From the IMG/VR virus record IMGVR_UViG_3300018012_000099: a stretch of 64,000 bases of DNA; one strand, 5' to 3'. Origin of the DNA: a virus. Taxonomy: Duplodnaviria > Caudoviricetes. Under the pieces are notes generated by a model. The model ran no database searches. It saw only the letters and a list, made by a program, of their open reading frames with translations, and was not told where the DNA came from. A program made the position numbers and the translations under genes. Below are positions 59,349 to 64,000 of this stretch, one piece after another. Positions within the stretch are counted from its first letter, which is position 1. Every line of letters starts with the position of its first letter.

Positions 59349-59729
59349 ATGAACATGGAAATACCTATTAATTGTCCTATCTGTAATCATCCGTTGCAAA
59401 ATACCTTCAACGCCGCCACAAATGACGTAGTCTATAAAAATTGTCGTCTCCGTCCAGATCACATTTTTAGTTGTGCCGTCTTCTTAAACAACTTTAATGG
59501 ACCCGGAACCGGAGATGTAGTGGATAGGGTGGCTTTTACATTGTCCATGTCGCCACTGCTCTCTGTGGAAATTCATCCTGAAGGTAAGTTTATGAGTGTT
59601 GATAGATCGGCGTCGGACAATAGAGCACTTCTAAATGATCCTGAAGAAGTGCCATTTTACGTGGAGCCCGACTTCTCCGATTATCCTAAATTATGTAACA
59701 AGATTAAGATTTATCTACTTTTTAGTTAA
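59349..59729 (+). CDS. Zn-ribbon/C-terminal-motif family, short class
   Basis: CPIC..C..H; ends KIKIYLLFS. Confidence 0.8.
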   Translation: MNMEIPINCPICNHPLQNTFNAATNDVVYKNCRLRPDHIFSCAVFLNNFNGPGTGDVVDRVAFTLSMSPLLSVEIHPEGKFMSVDRSASDNRALLNDPEEVPFYVEPDFSDYPKLCNKIKIYLLFS

Positions 59730-59730
59730 A

Positions 59731-60099
59731 ATGAACGTACCTATTAATTGTCCCATCTGTGGTGACCCACTGACTAATACATTCAACCAATACAACAGCG
59801 TAATTATGTACAAAAATTGTCGTCTCCGCGCAGATCATATTTTCAGTTGCATGGTGGATTTAAATCATCCTGTGTTCAAAAAGGACATATTGTCAAGAGT
59901 AGCGTTCACCCTGTCGATGTCGCCTTTACTATCTGTCGGGCTGTTCCTAAACAATAAGTATATGAGTATTGGAAAATCAGCGCCAGATGAACTAGCAGCC
60001 ATAGTAGACCCCCAAAGACTGCCGTTTTATTTTGAGCCTGACTTTTCCGATTATCCTAAACTGTGTAACAAGATTAAAATTTACCTTTTGTTCTCCTAA
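59731..60099 (+). CDS. Zn-ribbon/C-terminal-motif family, short class
   Basis: True start MNVPINCPIC; ends KIKIYLLFS. Confidence 0.8.
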   Translation: MNVPINCPICGDPLTNTFNQYNSVIMYKNCRLRADHIFSCMVDLNHPVFKKDILSRVAFTLSMSPLLSVGLFLNNKYMSIGKSAPDELAAIVDPQRLPFYFEPDFSDYPKLCNKIKIYLLFS

Positions 60100-60160
60100 A
60101 AAGAAAATCGGCTCAAACTCCGCAGAATTCAAGCCGATAAGAAATGACTGTTAACTTTAT

Positions 60161-60340
60161 TTAACGCTTCAATAGGGTGGATAGCTTCTTCATTCTATTC
60201 TTGGCAGAAGTACGACGCTCCAGCTGTTGAGTAGTATATTCTTCAATAGTTTCAGCATCTTGAGCCATACCCTCTTCAAGTTGGTCAGCTAGCTCGTTTG
60301 CCATTTTTTCGAATTGATCAATTTTCTCAAACAAGTCCAT
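60161..60340 (-). CDS. Small helical protein (59 aa, MDLFEKIDQFEKMA...) antisense to the array
   Basis: Translated by hand; open frame of 60 codons; upstream TAATA-tcaac-GCATAT (60379-60394, minus strand). Confidence 0.65.
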   Translation of the reverse strand: MDLFEKIDQFEKMANELADQLEEGMAQDAETIEEYTTQQLERRTSAKNRMKKLSTLLKR

Positions 60341-60424
60341 GGGTCACCCATTCTCTGCGTAGGTAAAAGAACTAAAAGATATGCGTTGATATTACTACAT
60401 TTTCCAGACGTTATATATTTCTGT

Positions 60425-60787
60425 ATGGACGACTCCCTAACTTGTCCCATGTGTGGCAACAAGCTGACCAACCTTCGCCTTAATGATCGATATCTGGCTA
60501 TGCTGGATAAAAAGTCTAACTACATCGATAGAAACTGTTCTAGCGGCATTAGTCACAGTTTTAACCATATCGTCGATGAAATGACCGGCAAGGTAGATTG
60601 GATCAAGCTTTCCTACGAACCCGGCAAGAGGTGGATAGAAATTAACTATGTTACTCATAAGTCTCGTATTGTGTGTTTGAAAGATGGAGTGCCGGAGTAC
60701 ATCGATATCGATAAACGGTTGGAGCCGGACTTTCCCGCCTTGACGAGACTTCGAGAAAAAATCAGCATTTTCGTGCTGTTCTCATGA
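60425..60787 (+). CDS. Zn-ribbon/C-terminal-motif family, short class
   Basis: MDDSLTCPMC..C...H; EPDF; ends KISIFVLFS. Confidence 0.78.
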   Translation: MDDSLTCPMCGNKLTNLRLNDRYLAMLDKKSNYIDRNCSSGISHSFNHIVDEMTGKVDWIKLSYEPGKRWIEINYVTHKSRIVCLKDGVPEYIDIDKRLEPDFPALTRLREKISIFVLFS

Positions 60788-61101
60788 ACTGTCCTTTCTG
60801 TCACCAAGAGTTGGCGCCCCGGGAGGGTAACCAAAGATGCGATAAATGGGAATGTTGGTATCATACTATGCCTCGCTATATTCGTTACCATAATAGTTTA
60901 GGGATGCTAATAGTAGAGAAGATTGTTCTCACCGATACGATTTATGTGGTTATTGACCACGTTGAAAATACCACTACCATTTCCAAATTAGATGTAGTAG
61001 TAATTAGCGATCATGTCAAGCTGTCCCGCGCCCTCAAGCTGGATTTGGAAAAATATCAAGCGGTGGTTGACAAGATAAAAACCCTGCTTATTTTAAGTTA
61101 A
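60784..61101 (+). CDS. Zn-ribbon/C-terminal-motif family, short class
   Basis: CPFC..CDKWEC; ends KIKTLLILS. Confidence 0.78.
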   Translation: MNCPFCHQELAPREGNQRCDKWECWYHTMPRYIRYHNSLGMLIVEKIVLTDTIYVVIDHVENTTTISKLDVVVISDHVKLSRALKLDLEKYQAVVDKIKTLLILS

Positions 61102-61102
61102 T

Positions 61103-61480
61103 ATGGAAACACCGGCACGCCAAGTTATTTGTCGATTTTGTCAGCACCCAACTCCTCATTCTCCGCTGGAAGAAATGGATAGAATGGGAGTGGATGTATA
61201 TTGGTGCGAAACCTGTCACGCCGAGTATTTATATTTTAAGGATTCCAATTACTGTAATAGTTGCTCTTTGTATACTCAGTTAAACGATAAGCATTATCGC
61301 TGGACTACTTCCGCCACCGGCTATGCTTTTCTGTGGTATATTAGAGAGCTGGGTATTCCTGGCAAACTGGTCAATAGAGACATGAACGTTTTATTCAGTT
61401 TGAGTGCGGGAGATAACCAACCAGACATCACGCCCGACAATGTGGCTCGGAAGATTAAAACTATGTTAATATTTCTATGA
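61103..61480 (+). CDS. Zn-ribbon/C-terminal-motif family, short class
   Basis: CRFC..CETC; ends KIKTMLIFL. Confidence 0.78.
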   Translation: METPARQVICRFCQHPTPHSPLEEMDRMGVDVYWCETCHAEYLYFKDSNYCNSCSLYTQLNDKHYRWTTSATGYAFLWYIRELGIPGKLVNRDMNVLFSLSAGDNQPDITPDNVARKIKTMLIFL

Positions 61481-61833
61481 TCCCTCGACCTAAAAGTTTT
61501 AATATCAAAAACTGTCCCATCTGCAATTGTCTACTTAACGTGCAGTATGTAAATGGACACACAGTATTGTATAAATGTCCTACTACCTACACTAGCATGG
61601 TGGCGAACCTACCACATTACGTCATTCAGGTAATGGATGGGAAGATTGAGCAACGTTCTATTATTCCGCCCTATACACTCACTAGTGAGGTAGGTTCGGG
61701 TAGAACCTCTATCTACAATACCGAACATAAAGGTGAAGGTAATGGTTTTATTATGAACGTTCCCACCATATTACCTACCAACGACCCGGAAAAACTAGCT
61801 CAACGTATCAAGACCTTGATCCTGTTCTCTTAA
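61477..61833 (+). CDS. Zn-ribbon/C-terminal-motif family, short class
   Basis: CPIC..CP..H; ends RIKTLILFS. Confidence 0.78.
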   Translation: MIPRPKSFNIKNCPICNCLLNVQYVNGHTVLYKCPTTYTSMVANLPHYVIQVMDGKIEQRSIIPPYTLTSEVGSGRTSIYNTEHKGEGNGFIMNVPTILPTNDPEKLAQRIKTLILFS

Positions 61834-61853
61834 TCATATCTGGGCATTATATT

Positions 61854-62201
61854 ATGCAATGCCCCTTTTGTCAGCAAGAAATGAAATCAATCGATAATGG
61901 TCAAGCACCCAGATTGGTAATGATTTGGATTTGTAAGTCTTGCATAAATGAAGTTCGTGTAATAGCAGAGAAAAATGTAGATACAGAAGTGTGGACGACT
62001 AATCATATGGCTATCTTCGTTGAGCATCGTGAGATAGAATATTGTTTGCACTGGGATTATGTTAACAAATGGTTTGATATCAGAGATACCGCCAAGTCCA
62101 GTGGACAGGATAGTTATATTTTTCGAACCACCGTCATGCCCAGCAAAATTACTCCCGATAATGCATTAGAAAAGTTAAAAACCTATTTGGTATTCTTATG
62201 A
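61854..62201 (+). CDS. Zn-ribbon/C-terminal-motif family, short class
   Basis: CPFC..CKSC; ends KLKTYLVFL. Confidence 0.78.
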   Translation: MQCPFCQQEMKSIDNGQAPRLVMIWICKSCINEVRVIAEKNVDTEVWTTNHMAIFVEHREIEYCLHWDYVNKWFDIRDTAKSSGQDSYIFRTTVMPSKITPDNALEKLKTYLVFL

Positions 62202-62557
62202 AGAGTAAATGTTATTTTTGTCAGCAAGAGATGGAAATCAATAAATTGTCCGACGGCTTATGTCATGGCGTCTGCCCTGACTGTCCAGAAATAGCGCGCA
62301 CTATTTTTGATTTAGCACCCGACATGAAAACTTTAAGAGTGTGGTGCGCAATTATCTCGTTCAAAGATAACGATAAGGAGTATGAAGCTGTCTATTGCCC
62401 ACCGTCCGACTTTTACCTTAATGAGATTAAATATGCTGAGGCGGATAACTTCAATATAGCACCACGTGTTCGAGTGATGCAGCTAACTTTCTGTCCCAAA
62501 AACATCACGCCTCACAATATTAAGCAGAAGTTTCCCACCCTGAAAGTTTGGTCATGA
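62198..62557 (+). CDS. Zn-ribbon/C-terminal-motif family, short class
   Basis: CYFC..CPDC; ends KFPTLKVWS. Confidence 0.78.
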   Translation: MKSKCYFCQQEMEINKLSDGLCHGVCPDCPEIARTIFDLAPDMKTLRVWCAIISFKDNDKEYEAVYCPPSDFYLNEIKYAEADNFNIAPRVRVMQLTFCPKNITPHNIKQKFPTLKVWS

Positions 62558-62931
62558 AGCCACTAACCCACTGTCCATATTGTAAAGCTCCTTTGATCAA
62601 GAAAACTATTCCAGAAGAATTTAACCCCTTTAAGTATGAGAATTGTAACAAGCGTTGTACGGTAGATTATTTTCAATACTACACTCAATCTTATGATGAA
62701 CCGGAGTTGTATTACATTACCTTCTATACTCCCAAAGATCTATTCCACATCTATACTTACTTTAAACCTTCTTTCAGTATCAAAGCAGGCACCACTAACA
62801 TCTACTCTAATGCGATTACAGAGAAGCATGGTACCTCACTGCCCGTTTTTACTTTCCAAGACTTTAAATATGATTTAAATAATTTAGAAAAATTGGAAGA
62901 GAAACTCAACATTTGGATGCTATTCTCATGA
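62554..62931 (+). CDS. Zn-ribbon/C-terminal-motif family, short class
   Basis: CPYC..CNKRC; ends KLNIWMLFS. Confidence 0.78.
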   Translation: MKPLTHCPYCKAPLIKKTIPEEFNPFKYENCNKRCTVDYFQYYTQSYDEPELYYITFYTPKDLFHIYTYFKPSFSIKAGTTNIYSNAITEKHGTSLPVFTFQDFKYDLNNLEKLEEKLNIWMLFS

Positions 62932-63262
62932 AGTGCCCTATCTGTCATGGAGAGTTGGATCCAGTTTACGGCGATACCTATCCCGGAGATACTAGAAGAT
63001 TTAAGCAAAACGAACCTCTGCCTAAACCTATCGGTTATAACTGCCCCACTCAAACCGACTTGCCAGCCGGTGCCCAAACCCCTCACTACACTATAAGGGG
63101 ACTCAATGAAATAGTGACCATATTCCCCTATCGAGTTAGCACCTGGCATATCATCTCACCGCCCCACCAGATATTGATATCACCGTGACGCATATCAACT
63201 TTCCATTCTTCAATGAAATGAGAATGCGTCATAAACTCAAACTATATTTGCCTTTCCTATGA
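62928..63262 (+). pseudogene. Frameshifted Zn-ribbon/C-terminal-motif family member
   Basis: Frame 0 MKCPIC.. stops at 63188; the -1 frame (63140-63262) ends MRHKLKLYLPFL with a TGA overlapping the next ATG. Confidence 0.7.
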
Positions 63263-63615
63263 ATTGCTTCTTTTGTCAAAATGAATGCCGAAAGGAGAAC
63301 GATGAAGGACGGTGGTCCTGCAGTCATCATGCCGTTACAGTACATTTGAGGCGCTACGATTATCATGAAGGTGATGGTCTGCCAGATTTTCTATACTTCA
63401 CTCATGACCACAAGGATAAAGAATATACCGTCTGGTTTATTTTTCGCCCTTATGATTCGGGATCTTATAAAGAACCTAATTATGTTTCCTGTCATATCGA
63501 TTACTATCCCCACAATTTTAATGCAGATGGGCGCCTGATTCAGTTCGATTTCATTCCCAATTTAACCCCGGATAACTTCTTGCAAAAACTTCCTACCATT
63601 TTAGTCTTCCTATGA
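63259..63615 (+). CDS. Zn-ribbon/C-terminal-motif family, short class
   Basis: CFFC..CSHH; ends KLPTILVFL. Confidence 0.78.
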   Translation: MNCFFCQNECRKENDEGRWSCSHHAVTVHLRRYDYHEGDGLPDFLYFTHDHKDKEYTVWFIFRPYDSGSYKEPNYVSCHIDYYPHNFNADGRLIQFDFIPNLTPDNFLQKLPTILVFL

Positions 63616-64000
63616 ACTGCCCTTACTGCCAACAACCCTTTATAGATGCTTCATATTTAATAAAGAAAATTAATATTATTTATGGATCATCTTCAATAAA
63701 TGATTTACAAGACTATCAATTATTACAGTGCGATAATCATCAATCAGTAGTATTTAGAAAGTCCATTAATCTTGATACTAATTTGGAAGTCTATCGCTTA
63801 TTTATGGTATTCCACAAACAAATGTGGTATGGTATTATGATTGTTGGTAAATCAGATGCCTTTGAGATTAGAAAATATTCTCAAGATATCAATGATCCTA
63901 ACATATTCACTCAGCACGAATTTGTAGCTGGTTTTCCAACCTCCGCCTCTGCCATCACCGCCAACAATGTTCTATCTAAACTACAAACTATCCTAACCTT
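63612..64000 (+). CDS. Zn-ribbon/C-terminal-motif family, cut by the window end
   Basis: Translated by hand: MNCPYC..CDNH..ITANNVLSKLQTILT(F); no stop within the window. Confidence 0.75.
   Translation, partial: MNCPYCQQPFIDASYLIKKINIIYGSSSINDLQDYQLLQCDNHQSVVFRKSINLDTNLEVYRLFMVFHKQMWYGIMIVGKSDAFEIRKYSQDINDPNIFTQHEFVAGFPTSASAITANNVLSKLQTILT

Larger units (their letters stand above)
59349..60099 (+). repeat. Recent tandem gene duplication (59349-59729 and 59731-60099)
   Basis: Shared DNA such as tacctattaattgtcc, aaaaattgtcgtctccg and ccgattatcctaaa..tgtaacaagattaa. Confidence 0.85.

Noticed and set aside
1-64000. CRISPR array, rRNA or complete tRNA
   Set aside because: No regularly spaced repeats or RNA-gene structure seen. 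The periodicity at 59-64 kb comes from coding paralogs.
1-64000. Active TAG-to-amino-acid recoding
   Set aside because: Recognisable genes, including structural ones, are full length in code 11. The two broken genes need frame changes, not read-through.

Overview
This AT-rich window has densely packed, often ATGA/TAATG-coupled genes and looks like part of a large (jumbo/huge) tailed-phage genome rather than a cell. A Gram-negative, possibly myxobacterial, host is only an inference. From left to right it holds: sugar-modification genes (GT2, RmlB-like); a TubZ/tubulin-like GTPase followed by four tandem Sm/Hfq-fold-like ORFs; a GH25 lysin; a replication block (SF2 helicase, DnaC-like loader, DnaB); a sigma factor, class II RNR, PIN-PhoH and MetAP; a virion fibre/tailspike module; nucleotide-metabolism genes (ThyX, IMPDH/GMPR, dUTPase, HD and HAD hydrolases); IF1 and RF2; SET, macrodomain-like and kinase-like genes; and 13 free-standing homing endonucleases. 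The main unexplained feature is a family of at least 18 Zn-ribbon ORFs with highly variable middles. 17 lie in an array from 52702 to the window end and one is isolated at 36743. All complete members end in the same 9-residue register, [KR]-hydrophobic-x6 with F/W at -2 and S/T/L as the last residue (e.g. KIKIYLLFS). This tail is conserved as protein, not as DNA, which suggests a shared docking, targeting or degron signal on a diversifying repertoire. Two members are frameshifted, one at a canonical A_AAA_AAC slippery site. Also seen: a second, N-terminal motif on three genes that share a putative late-promoter element; two recurring promoter-like motifs; and near-absence of TAG stops alongside a phage RF2. 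No tRNA, rRNA or CRISPR array was found. Family calls come from motif recognition by eye; no database search was run.
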